Source: a virus
Taxonomy: Duplodnaviria > Caudoviricetes
IMG/VR virus record: IMGVR_UViG_3300014019_000001
Coordinates: 1-64,000 of that record
Direction: 5' to 3' (one strand)
DNA: 64,000 bases
A model generated the notes under the pieces. It saw only the letters and a list, made by a program, of their open reading frames with translations. It was not told where the DNA came from and searched no databases. Below are positions 37,295 through 45,511 of the stretch, in pieces. Position 1 is the first letter of the stretch. Every line of letters begins with the position of its first letter. The position numbers and the translations under genes are program-made.

Positions 37295-38887
37295 ATGGCT
37301 GTTCTTCAGCTCGCCCACAACGCAGTCGCCGCCAAGCTGATCAATCCGCCGGCTGAGGTTGCCCAGGCAACGGCCGACCTGCTCTCCTACGTCGTGGATG
37401 GCGCCGATCACATCTGGTCGGTCAATTCAGGGCGCTGGGATGGCCGGTCGAGTTTCTACGACACGACCAAGCACGCCTTCCCAGCCGGTTTCGTCTATCT
37501 GGTTCACGCAGAACTCACCAAACGGGGCCACACCGTTCATCTCGTTCGTAAGCCGCACGCCCCTCCCCTCGGCCCCGAGAACCCCATCGTGGATGAGTTC
37601 GGGAATGACGATCCGCGTTACGACTACCAGATCCGGGCGCTGCGCCAGGTCGAGAAGCATGGGCGCGGGATCATCCAGGTGGCCACCGGCGGCGGCAAGT
37701 CGAAGATCGCCAAGCTCATCATGGCGCGATACCGCCGGATGACCCTCTTTCTGACGACGCGCGGCATTCTGCTCTACCAGATGGATGACCAGCTCAAGAA
37801 GCTCGGGCTCAACACCGGCCAGATCGGCGACGGCGAGTTCAAGGTCACGCGGGGTGTGAACCTTGGGATGGTCCAGACGCTGGTTCAGGCGCTTGAGGTT
37901 CCGGATCTGCACGCGGAACGCCGGGCGGTCGTGAAGTCGATCCATCTTTCGAAGTCGAAGGACGAGAATCTCTCCAACGAGGAAATTAGCAAAATCGCTA
38001 AAGAGCGATTTGACGAAAAGACGAAAAAGCGAAATCAGATCCTGAAGATTCTGGATATGATCGAGGTGGTCATCGGCGAGGAAGCTCACGAGGCCGGCGG
38101 CGAGAGCTATTACAAGATCCTGCAGCACTGCAAGAACGCCACGATCCGGGTCGCGCTAACCGCCACGCCGTTCATGCGCGACAGCGCCGAGGACAACATG
38201 CGCCTGATGGCTGCATTCGGTCCGAAGCTGATCATCATTACCGAGAAGATGCTGATCGAGCGGGGCATCCTGGCAAAGCCCTACTTCAAGTTCGTGGACT
38301 GCCGCCCTCACCCCAAGCTGCGCCGCACGAGCCCGTGGGAGCGCGCCTACAAGCTCGGCTACATCGACAACGACTTCATGCTTCAGGAGGCTCTCCGCGA
38401 CGCTCTGAACGCCAAGCGCGTCGGCCTGCCCGTGATGGCGCTGTGCGTGCGCAAGGAGCACGGTCAGAAGATCGAAGCCTTCTATACCGCCAACGGACTG
38501 AAGGCGAAGTTCATCTATGGTGAGTCCAAGATGGAGATCCGCCGGCGCTTCATCGAAATGCTGGCAACCGGCGACATCGACGTTCTGATCGGCACCACCA
38601 TCCTCGATGTCGGCGTGGACGTGCCGGCTGTCGGTCTGGTGCAGCGACTCGGAGGCTACAAGGCCGAGATCCAGCTTCGCCAGCAGATCGGCCGTGGGCT
38701 TCGCGCCAAGAAGAACATCCCGAACTATGCGTTCATTGCCGACTACTCCTGCAACATCAACACGACCTTGAACGAGCACGCGCGCCAGCGCCGGGCGATC
38801 GTGGAAAGCACACCTGGCTTTGCCGAAGGCATTCTGCCCGCCAATCAGGACTTCCCCTGGGCGATCTTCGAGAGGAAAGCGGCGTGA
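37295..38887 (+). CDS. Superfamily 2 DExH helicase
   Basis: Q-motif DYQ, ATGGGKS, EEAH, LTATP, DVGVDVP, QQIGRGLR. Confidence 0.92.
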   Translation: MAVLQLAHNAVAAKLINPPAEVAQATADLLSYVVDGADHIWSVNSGRWDGRSSFYDTTKHAFPAGFVYLVHAELTKRGHTVHLVRKPHAPPLGPENPIVDEFGNDDPRYDYQIRALRQVEKHGRGIIQVATGGGKSKIAKLIMARYRRMTLFLTTRGILLYQMDDQLKKLGLNTGQIGDGEFKVTRGVNLGMVQTLVQALEVPDLHAERRAVVKSIHLSKSKDENLSNEEISKIAKERFDEKTKKRNQILKILDMIEVVIGEEAHEAGGESYYKILQHCKNATIRVALTATPFMRDSAEDNMRLMAAFGPKLIIITEKMLIERGILAKPYFKFVDCRPHPKLRRTSPWERAYKLGYIDNDFMLQEALRDALNAKRVGLPVMALCVRKEHGQKIEAFYTANGLKAKFIYGESKMEIRRRFIEMLATGDIDVLIGTTILDVGVDVPAVGLVQRLGGYKAEIQLRQQIGRGLRAKKNIPNYAFIADYSCNINTTLNEHARQRRAIVESTPGFAEGILPANQDFPWAIFERKAA

Positions 38888-39075
38888 GGAAATTGGTCGA
38901 TCCGGTGCACTTTTTCGACGCCCATGGGAAGTCCATGCTGACCCGGAAGCACGAGGAGCAGCGCATTGCAGAGCTTGAGGCCGAGATTGTCAGGCTCAAG
39001 CAGCTTCTCAAGCGAACCGTGGATGCGCTAAAGAGCGAAAGGGCGAAACCACGAAATAGCGAAATGAGGAACTAG
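38884..39075 (+). CDS. Small coiled-coil hypothetical protein
   Basis: GTGA overlap with helicase stop. Confidence 0.5.
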   Translation: MRKLVDPVHFFDAHGKSMLTRKHEEQRIAELEAEIVRLKQLLKRTVDALKSERAKPRNSEMRN

Positions 39076-39156
39076 CTCAAGCGCGAAATCGCTGAATACC
39101 TGTTTCGTCCCGCTATAGATAAGTAATCAATTACTTCTCTATCAGCAGGGCCTTCA

Positions 39157-39723
39157 ATGTCTTCGCACCCCTACCCCCGCTTTATCGGCATCTGCGGAAA
39201 TCCGAAATCGGGCAAGTCGCTCGCCCAGGAAATTCTGTCCCAGGATCTGAACTATCTTCCGATCGACGACGGGCATGTGCTGCGCGAATTCGCCGTCAAC
39301 AAGCTCGGCCTCACCTGGGACGACGTTCAGACCCAGGAAGGCAAGCAGCGCGTCACCGAGATTCTCGGGAAAGAATGGCAGCACCGGATTCTGCTGGGCG
39401 AGCTGGGCAATCGTCTTGAGGAGATGTTCGGCGACCACATCATGCCGTTCATCGCCACGCGCAACCTCTACCCCAATGCGCGCTACTCCTTCGGCTCCGT
39501 TCGCAAGAACCAAGGGCATTTCTTCCGCGCCAATGGCGGCATCATCATCGAGATCGTCAATCCCCTCGCCCCGCCGAGCGGTAACGCTTTCGACCTCTAC
39601 GATACGTCGGCAATCACGCGCACCGTCATCAACGATGGTATGCAGCGCTTCCCGGACGCCCCGGAGCGCGCCAGGGCGCATTTCCGTGCCGAGTTGCTGT
39701 CTGCTGTCGAGGCGGCCGTGTGA
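39157..39723 (+). CDS. Deoxynucleoside monophosphate kinase-like
   Basis: IGICGNPKSGKS P-loop, R.LL..LG, SVR..Q..GG.II.I. Confidence 0.75.
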   Translation: MSSHPYPRFIGICGNPKSGKSLAQEILSQDLNYLPIDDGHVLREFAVNKLGLTWDDVQTQEGKQRVTEILGKEWQHRILLGELGNRLEEMFGDHIMPFIATRNLYPNARYSFGSVRKNQGHFFRANGGIIIEIVNPLAPPSGNAFDLYDTSAITRTVINDGMQRFPDAPERARAHFRAELLSAVEAAV

Positions 39724-40256
39724 TGGCGAGTGTTTTGGATCTCGATGCCGGCACTTTCACGATGAACAGCCAGGACGGGCCTTCGGTTCTGCGCGGTGGG
39801 TCGGTCCAGCTTTCGCAACTGGCACCTCGCGCTGCTGACCAGGACCCCGGCATGCAGGTGTGGTGCGAAGGCGAGCTTATCGGTTGGCTTGCCGTGGACC
39901 CGAATTACCTTCGTGGCGGCTTCTACGATCTCGTCATGATAGACGATCTTCCGTCGCTGACCGCCGGCTACGACGATCTGACGTCGCTGCCAGTCCCTTC
40001 ACCCCGTCAGATCAGTCTGCGCGTGGTTCGACGCACTGCCTCGATCTCTCTGTTCGAGGTCAACATGGCGAGGAACGAGGTCGAAGTGCAGGCGCTGTTC
40101 CGCAAGCGTCACAATGTTCCGTCGTCGGCCTCCATGGATCGGGACAACAACACCGACGCCTACGTCTTTCGGTGGCGCGTCTTCGATGTGACCGTCGCTC
40201 AGTCGGAAACCATCTTCGACCTGGACAACTTCACGCCCAATCCGGACCATCGCTAG
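39720..40256 (+). CDS. Hypothetical protein
   Basis: Overlapping ORF in the same operon. Confidence 0.55.
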   Translation: MMASVLDLDAGTFTMNSQDGPSVLRGGSVQLSQLAPRAADQDPGMQVWCEGELIGWLAVDPNYLRGGFYDLVMIDDLPSLTAGYDDLTSLPVPSPRQISLRVVRRTASISLFEVNMARNEVEVQALFRKRHNVPSSASMDRDNNTDAYVFRWRVFDVTVAQSETIFDLDNFTPNPDHR

Positions 40257-40325
40257 ACTTCGTTAACCAGAATCGGCTATCCGCTTTTAGCTAAATCTCG
40301 TTCTAGCGAAAGGCGGATATAGCCA

Positions 40326-40973
40326 ATGAGCGAATTAGTGATCGCATGCCTGTCCCAGAAGGGCGGCGTCGGCAAAAGCACCCTCGCCCGTTTGATCGCC
40401 CGGACATACGCCTCGGCCGGCTGGAGCGTGAAGATTGCCGACTTCAACACGAAGCAGCTCACCTCGGTCGACTGGGTTGGAACACGGATGAAGCTCGGCC
40501 TTGAGCCGGTCATCCACGCCGAGCCCTATGCCTCGGTCAAGAACTTCAAGCGCGAGAACTTCGACCTGATCGTCGCTGACGGTAAGCCGGACAGCGACGA
40601 CACCTCGCTTGCCATCGCGCGCATCGCCCAGCTCATCGTCATCCCGACCGGTCTCTCCACGGACGACCTCAAGCCGCAGATCCTGTTCGCGAACGAGCTG
40701 GTGCAGAAAGGCGTGCCTCGGGATCGCATCATGATCGTCCTGAACAAGGTGACGGAGAGCGAAGCCTCGGTGCAGGAGGTTCGCCAGATCCTGCGCTCGA
40801 CCGGCTATCAGATCGCCGAATACGACCTGACGGCGAAGACTGGCTATCAGAAGGCTCAGGACGCCGGCCGCTCAGTCGCCGAAACGACCTTCCCAACGCT
40901 GAACGAACGCGCCGACGGTCTCGCTTCCGAGATCGTGGTCAAAATGAATGAACTGTCGGAGAAAGCAGCATGA
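40326..40973 (+). CDS. parA: ParA partition ATPase (type Ib, no N-terminal HTH)
   Basis: QKGGVGKST deviant Walker A, IADFN..Q, LIVADG, VIPT; 215 aa. Confidence 0.92.
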   Translation: MSELVIACLSQKGGVGKSTLARLIARTYASAGWSVKIADFNTKQLTSVDWVGTRMKLGLEPVIHAEPYASVKNFKRENFDLIVADGKPDSDDTSLAIARIAQLIVIPTGLSTDDLKPQILFANELVQKGVPRDRIMIVLNKVTESEASVQEVRQILRSTGYQIAEYDLTAKTGYQKAQDAGRSVAETTFPTLNERADGLASEIVVKMNELSEKAA

Positions 40974-41209
40974 CGAAGACACCGACGAAAGCTCCGGTCC
41001 CGAAGCCTGCAAGTCTGAAGATGGATTTCATGGCCCAGGCCACGCAGGCGGCCGCCAACAACATGTCCGACAAGCTGAAGGATATGAGCTTCAAGGTGCC
41101 GGAGGAGTTTCATCGCCGCTACAAGTCGGCGGCCGCAATGCATGGTATCCAGATGAAGGACATCCTTGAGCAGAGTTTCGAGCTCTGGCTCAAGCGCGCA
41201 GACCAATAG
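40970..41209 (+). CDS. Small ribbon-helix-helix partition protein (ParG-like)
   Basis: Flexible N-tail plus MSFKVPEEFHRRYKSAAAMHGIQMKDIL RHH pattern; ATGA-coupled to parA. Confidence 0.8.
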   Translation: MTKTPTKAPVPKPASLKMDFMAQATQAAANNMSDKLKDMSFKVPEEFHRRYKSAAAMHGIQMKDILEQSFELWLKRADQ

Positions 41210-41325
41210 TCAGAACATACGGGGCGCCCCGGAAAGGGCGCTTTCCGTAAATGCCGAAAAAGCTAAATCCCGAAATGACGAGCGCCGAGAACGCCGCCAT
41301 GAACAGGAAATAGGTGGCCACGGCG

Positions 41326-41778
41326 TCAATCACTGTGCTTCACCGAACGCACCTCGCCGCCGGTCCATGGGTCGACCTCAATGGTCAGCCGGATCGCGTC
41401 CTCGGCGCTCTTGCCCAGCTTCATCGCCATGTAGGCGCTCTGCTGCCCGGAGCCGATGGCGTAGAAGTCGGCTTTGACCGGTCCTGTGAATGCCCGGCCG
41501 TCGTTCCAGTAGAAGGCAGATCCGTCCGGCTCGACGACCAGCGCCTGAACAAGGTGCTCCTGATCGGCCACAGCGCGCTCCAGGGCGGCGTCATCCGGTA
41601 GACTGTTCAACCAGGCCAGAAAGTTGCTGGGCGCGCCCACGACGCTGCTGGAGACGCCCACAAGGCGGCCGCCGCGCAGGCGAAAGACCTTGGTCTTGTT
41701 CCCGATGGGATGCTTGTCGCCGGAATAGGCCCGGCTGTCACCTGCGAGGATGCCGGCGCGATAGGCGATTGTCGTCAT
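41326..41778 (-). CDS. Ntn-hydrolase / HslV-like peptidase
   Basis: N-terminal MTTIA..AGDSR, AIGSG, D..TGG. Confidence 0.8.
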   Translation of the reverse strand: MTTIAYRAGILAGDSRAYSGDKHPIGNKTKVFRLRGGRLVGVSSSVVGAPSNFLAWLNSLPDDAALERAVADQEHLVQALVVEPDGSAFYWNDGRAFTGPVKADFYAIGSGQQSAYMAMKLGKSAEDAIRLTIEVDPWTGGEVRSVKHSD

Positions 41779-42116
41779 GCAAGATCGCCCAGAATGCGCT
41801 TCGGCTGCATGATCGCCCGGTTGAGGCGATAGAAGGCGTCCTCGACGTGCCGGCGCGCGATCTGCACGGAAGCTTGGTCGATCTCCTGGCTGTCCCGGTT
41901 GCGAACGTGCTCATCGACGCGGCGCAGAACCTTTTCCTCCAGGATCTTGTTCTCGTTCACCATGTCGATCTTCCACTGCTCGACGGTCTTGGCGTAGCCG
42001 GCGACGGGCAGGCCGGAATGACCGGGAATAGGCGAGGGCGCCTTCTGGTCGTCAAAGAGGGGAAGTTGATGCGTGTCGGCAACCTCGGCGGCACGCTGCT
42101 GCTCGGTTCGGTCCAT
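41775..42116 (-). CDS. Acb2-like anti-CBASS sponge
   Basis: VAGY..IDMVNENK...IAR..VE.AF..LNRAIMQP follows the Acb2 pattern; true start 42116 (longer ORF overlaps tRNA). Confidence 0.7.
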   Translation of the reverse strand: MDRTEQQRAAEVADTHQLPLFDDQKAPSPIPGHSGLPVAGYAKTVEQWKIDMVNENKILEEKVLRRVDEHVRNRDSQEIDQASVQIARRHVEDAFYRLNRAIMQPKRILGDLA

Positions 42117-42142
42117 TCGATGATCCTGTGGGGTAGGGGAGT

Positions 42143-42218
42143 TGGCTGAGGAGGCTGGGCTCGAACCAGCGACAGGGCGATTAACAGTCGCCAGCTCTAC
42201 CATCTGAGCTACTCCCCA
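42143..42218 (-). tRNA. tRNA-Asn (GTT)
   Basis: Cloverleaf with anticodon loop CTGTTAA, TTCGAG T-loop, G73, encoded CCA. Confidence 0.95.
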
Positions 42219-42222
42219 ACGT

Positions 42223-42299
<77 letters not shown>

Positions 42300-42550
42300 T
42301 TGATGGGAAGATCCTAAGTAAGTGATTACCTACAGTCAAGCGCGATTTAGCGAAAAGGCTATTTGGCTATAGAGCGCTATCGCTAGGAGAGGTGGCTACA
42401 GGCAGTTCCGGATCTGTGGGGCCGGGGTAGACGCAACTTAGGTCAAGGTCCATCTCGTCGGGACACAGAGGAGAGGTGGCTAGGATGCCGGGGAGTTGGT
42501 GAGCGATGGAGGTATCCCCTTGAAATCACACGCAAATCTCTAAGACTTCG

Positions 42551-42580
42551 CTTGCACTACTCGCAGCAAACGTCTAATGT
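42551..42580 (+). promoter_or_regulatory. Sigma70-type promoter of the GG-free island
   Basis: cTTGCAC-N17-TAATGT, close to rhizobial CTTGAC-N17-CTATAT consensus. Confidence 0.7.
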
Positions 42581-42615
42581 GTATTCATCAACAGAGAGCA
42601 AGTAGCTCAGTTGAT

Positions 42616-42645
42616 TTGAAGCAAGCGCTTCAAGCTCTTTGACAT
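42616..42645 (+). promoter_or_regulatory. Hairpin + boxA-like antitermination signal
   Basis: TTGAAGC-AAGC-GCTTCAA hairpin directly followed by GCTCTTTGACAT. Confidence 0.55.
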
Positions 42646-42719
42646 TCGAATAGATGACATGCGACGCATCCCGATTGAGCGCGTTCATGTCACAGAAAGC
42701 TAATATTTCATCTTCAATA

Positions 42720-42739
42720 GTAAGTCATTACTGACTTAC
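42720..42739. promoter_or_regulatory. Operator palindrome (perfect copy of the ~28-member family)
   Basis: GTAAGTCA-TTAC-TGACTTAC upstream of the RBS of 42761. Confidence 0.85.
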
Positions 42740-42760
42740 ACAACATGAGAGAGAACGAAC

Positions 42761-43336
42761 ATGACTGACAATAACAACGTATTCTCGACCGCTCTTAACG
42801 CTCGCGTTGACGCTGCTGTCAAAGCTGACAAGATGAGCGAGAGCAACCGTGAGAAGCTTCGCAACTTCGCGAAAGAGTGCAACAAGTCTGAAAAGCTCGT
42901 CGCTTTCTTGAGCGCGTGCGCTGTTGACGTGCGCGTATTTGAAAACGACGTCTACGAGATCGACAAGCTGCGCAATCTGTCGCGCTTCGCAGTCGATGAA
43001 ATCGCAGCGCGCGATTTCAACGAAATGAACAGATGCGTGTTCCTGACAGCGCTCGCTTTCGAACGCGCTGATATCGCGTTCACGAGAGAAGACGCGACAC
43101 ACGCTTGCAGCGCGCATTACAAAATCAAAGACGCGAAAAAGCGCGCGCTGACTTCGCAGAACGCAAAGACTGTCGCTGACAGCACAGTCGCATCGCAGCA
43201 TAGAAGCTCGCTCAAAGCGCTTGAAGCGCTGAACGTGCTTCGCAGCGTCAACAAGAGCGAGTTTCGCATGAACCTGCAAAGCGATGCGACGATTAAGCTC
43301 GCAGCGAAATTCAATATCGACCTGACGGCTAAGTAA
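42761..43336 (+). CDS. Gly/Pro/Trp-free protein, probable winged-helix regulator, paralog of 44351..45136
   Basis: 191-aa ORF with own promoter and leader; C-terminal STVASQ..SSLKALEALNVL..EFRMN wHTH-like; visible similarity to 44351..45136. Confidence 0.8.
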   Translation: MTDNNNVFSTALNARVDAAVKADKMSESNREKLRNFAKECNKSEKLVAFLSACAVDVRVFENDVYEIDKLRNLSRFAVDEIAARDFNEMNRCVFLTALAFERADIAFTREDATHACSAHYKIKDAKKRALTSQNAKTVADSTVASQHRSSLKALEALNVLRSVNKSEFRMNLQSDATIKLAAKFNIDLTAK

Positions 43337-43422
43337 GCACTTACTGCTAGAGCGCTAGAAATAGCGCTCTAGCTATTTCGCTAAATAGCCCAACCGGGCA
43401 TCCCGCGCCCCTGGAGCCACCC

Positions 43423-43584
43423 ATGAACCTCCTCCTGATCGCCGTTGGCGTGCTCTTTGCCGTCATCCGCGCAGCCGCCTGCTATCTGGACCCTCATCCG
43501 GGCAACCAGTTCAACCTCATCATGAGCCTGCTCCTTGCCGGCGTCCTCATCGTCGGCAGCCTGGAACAGCCGGACTATGTATGA
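43423..43584 (+). CDS. Small two-TM protein (not in ORF track)
   Basis: RBS GGAG; MNLLLIAVGVLFAV...LLLAGVLIVG. Confidence 0.55.
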   Translation: MNLLLIAVGVLFAVIRAAACYLDPHPGNQFNLIMSLLLAGVLIVGSLEQPDYV

Positions 43585-43771
43585 GCTGCTCCTGATCACC
43601 ATCGTCAGCGCGTCCAGCGCTGGCGCCTCCGCCATCGAGACCCAGGCGATCGAGACCTACGATACCGCCGACGCCTGCCTCGATGCCGTCAGCCAGATGC
43701 CGATCCGGAAGATCCAGCTCCCGACCGGACAGACCCTCACCCTGAAACTCGCCTGCGAGAAACGACCATGA
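43577..43771 (+). CDS. Small secreted protein
   Basis: Signal-like N-terminus MYELLLITIV; Y.T..AC...C pattern. Confidence 0.55.
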   Translation: MYELLLITIVSASSAGASAIETQAIETYDTADACLDAVSQMPIRKIQLPTGQTLTLKLACEKRP

Positions 43772-43953
43772 GCAAGCACCAGCCCGTGCAGGACGACACC
43801 TGCCGCCACAAATTCAAACCGTCGACACTGGCAGCCAGACAGGCTGCCTACGACACCCTGGACGAGGATTGGCTCGATGACGTCGAGCACCTGGCGTTGC
43901 CGCACTATCGCTTCGGCGATGGCGTGCGCCACTACCTGGAAGGAATCGAATAG
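43768..43953 (+). CDS. Hypothetical protein
   Basis: ATGA-coupled ORF. Confidence 0.5.
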   Translation: MSKHQPVQDDTCRHKFKPSTLAARQAAYDTLDEDWLDDVEHLALPHYRFGDGVRHYLEGIE

Positions 43954-44303
43954 CCCCAAGGCGCCCTACCAAGGGCGCCAGCGGGAGCCGCCCGCCGACC
44001 CATGGAAGCCCACGGAGCCCCGTGGAGAGCGTTTCCCATGGTCGCATGAGCGCTGGCCCGTCCGAAGGGCCAAACGCGCGTCCTGGGCCGCCTGTGCCAA
44101 TATGCGCCCCATGGGGTGCCATGGCGAAAGCCCGAAATCAGGAAATAGCGAAATCGGGAAAGGAATACGAAGGTGCTGGTCCTACGGCCGACCAGCACCG
44201 GATCCCATGGAGCCCACCGGTTCCCCTAAGCCGCTCCGCCTGAATTCGCCCTAGGCTCACAATCGCCGCCCATGGAAACCCATGGGCCGTAACCCGCCAC
44301 GAA

Positions 44304-44332
44304 GAAGGGCAGCCCGTAGACTGCCCTCTCGT
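44304..44332. terminator. Terminator-like hairpin between convergent units
   Basis: AGGGCAG-CCCGTAGA-CTGCCCT. Confidence 0.55.
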
Positions 44333-44350
44333 TCTCTCTGGACTTGTGCC

Positions 44351-45136
44351 TTACGCCGCCAGCACCTCCTGGAGGCGCTTGGTCTGCGGCGTGTCGGTCA
44401 GCTCGTAGACGGGCGCGCGGAACGTGCCGGAGTTCTTGACGATGCCCATCGTCTGGAGAGCCGTCATGGTCGAGGACGTCTGCGTCGACATGGTGCCCGG
44501 ATCGACGGTGTGGCGGATGAGGATCTTCTGCATGGCGGCGCTGACCTTCACCTTGTCGCAGGCTGCAGCCTTCGCCATCTCCCCGGTGAACTTCTCGCCG
44601 GCGGCGCGGAAGGCGAAGAGGCTCTTGCAGATGGCGATGTTGATCTTGTTGGTCAGGGCGCCGTCCCGGAGACCCTTCACCAGGTCAGCGAGCTTGTCCG
44701 CCGCGTAGACGTTGAAGCGGCTGCCTTCCGAGACGGACCGGTTGATGAAGTCGGGCTCGACCTGGGCGGCGATGAGGATTGCCGCTGCGGAGGGCAGGGT
44801 GAGCTTGGCGCGCGTCTTGTCCAGGCTCTTGTGGATCCGCTCGTTGTTCGGGTTCTTGGTCTTCTCGTAGGTCGCCCGGTCGTCGAAGCCCTTGGCGACC
44901 TTCTGCGCCATTGCCAGCTTCTGCTCGTCCGTGTAGCTGTCAGCGATCTGGGGCAGGGTGAGCTCGACAGCGCCGTCGCCGGCCGGGCCGGGGTCAGACT
45001 GGACCGTTTCCGAGACTACGACAGTATTGCCGTCGCCCGTTTCGAGACCGGCGAGAATAGCAACTTCGTGATCCGTGATGACTTCCTCGGATACGACGGT
45101 CGCCTGTGCCTTCTTTGCGTTGTTGTTCTTAGCCAT
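44351..45136 (-). CDS. Probable winged-helix regulator, normally coded paralog of 42761..43336
   Basis: NVYAADKL..N..N..AF..FT.E.A..TV..T.STQ.SS..AL..GIV; start MAKNNN. Confidence 0.8.
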   Translation of the reverse strand: MAKNNNAKKAQATVVSEEVITDHEVAILAGLETGDGNTVVVSETVQSDPGPAGDGAVELTLPQIADSYTDEQKLAMAQKVAKGFDDRATYEKTKNPNNERIHKSLDKTRAKLTLPSAAAILIAAQVEPDFINRSVSEGSRFNVYAADKLADLVKGLRDGALTNKINIAICKSLFAFRAAGEKFTGEMAKAAACDKVKVSAAMQKILIRHTVDPGTMSTQTSSTMTALQTMGIVKNSGTFRAPVYELTDTPQTKRLQEVLAA

Positions 45137-45386
45137 TTCGTGTTTCCTTCTCTCTCGTTTTCCTCTCAAGCGCTTCATTGCTCTTGATGATTACAAGATA
45201 GAACGTGTCTCTATGGGTGTCGGCTGGGAAGAACAGGCATGTTGCATGGTAATACAGGACCGTTACTCCATGGGACCGGAAGGTTCTCCACGGAGCCCCA
45301 CGGAACGCCATGGCTGACCGTGGAGAGGGGAGGGCGAGCCATGGGCCGGGAAGATGATTTGTCCCTAAGGAGACGGCGCGCGTTTT

Positions 45387-45511
45387 ACGAGCCGGAGGAG
45401 TGCCATTTTAGTTTTCCCTTAATTCGCGTCTCCATACTATGTATATATACCCTTTAAAGACGTAATAACTTACTTAGTATGGAAGAGGCGAGGGAAGCGT
45501 CTCCGGCTCGT
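45387..45511. repeat. Inverted-repeat element, copy 3 of 3
   Basis: ACGAGCCGGAG..TTCCCT..TCCATACT / AGTATGGAAGAGGCGAGGGAAGCGTCTCCGGCTCGT. Confidence 0.8.

Noticed and set aside
42728-43279. Minus-strand 183-aa ORF over the island
   Set aside because: Antisense shadow; promoter, leader and paralog homology all support the plus-strand gene
42513-43326. GG-free island as foreign low-GC DNA or an assembly artefact
   Set aside because: It is still rich in G and C as CG/GC steps, carries the phage's own operator, is flanked by its octamer arrays and has a paralog 1 kb away; low GC alone cannot give zero GG
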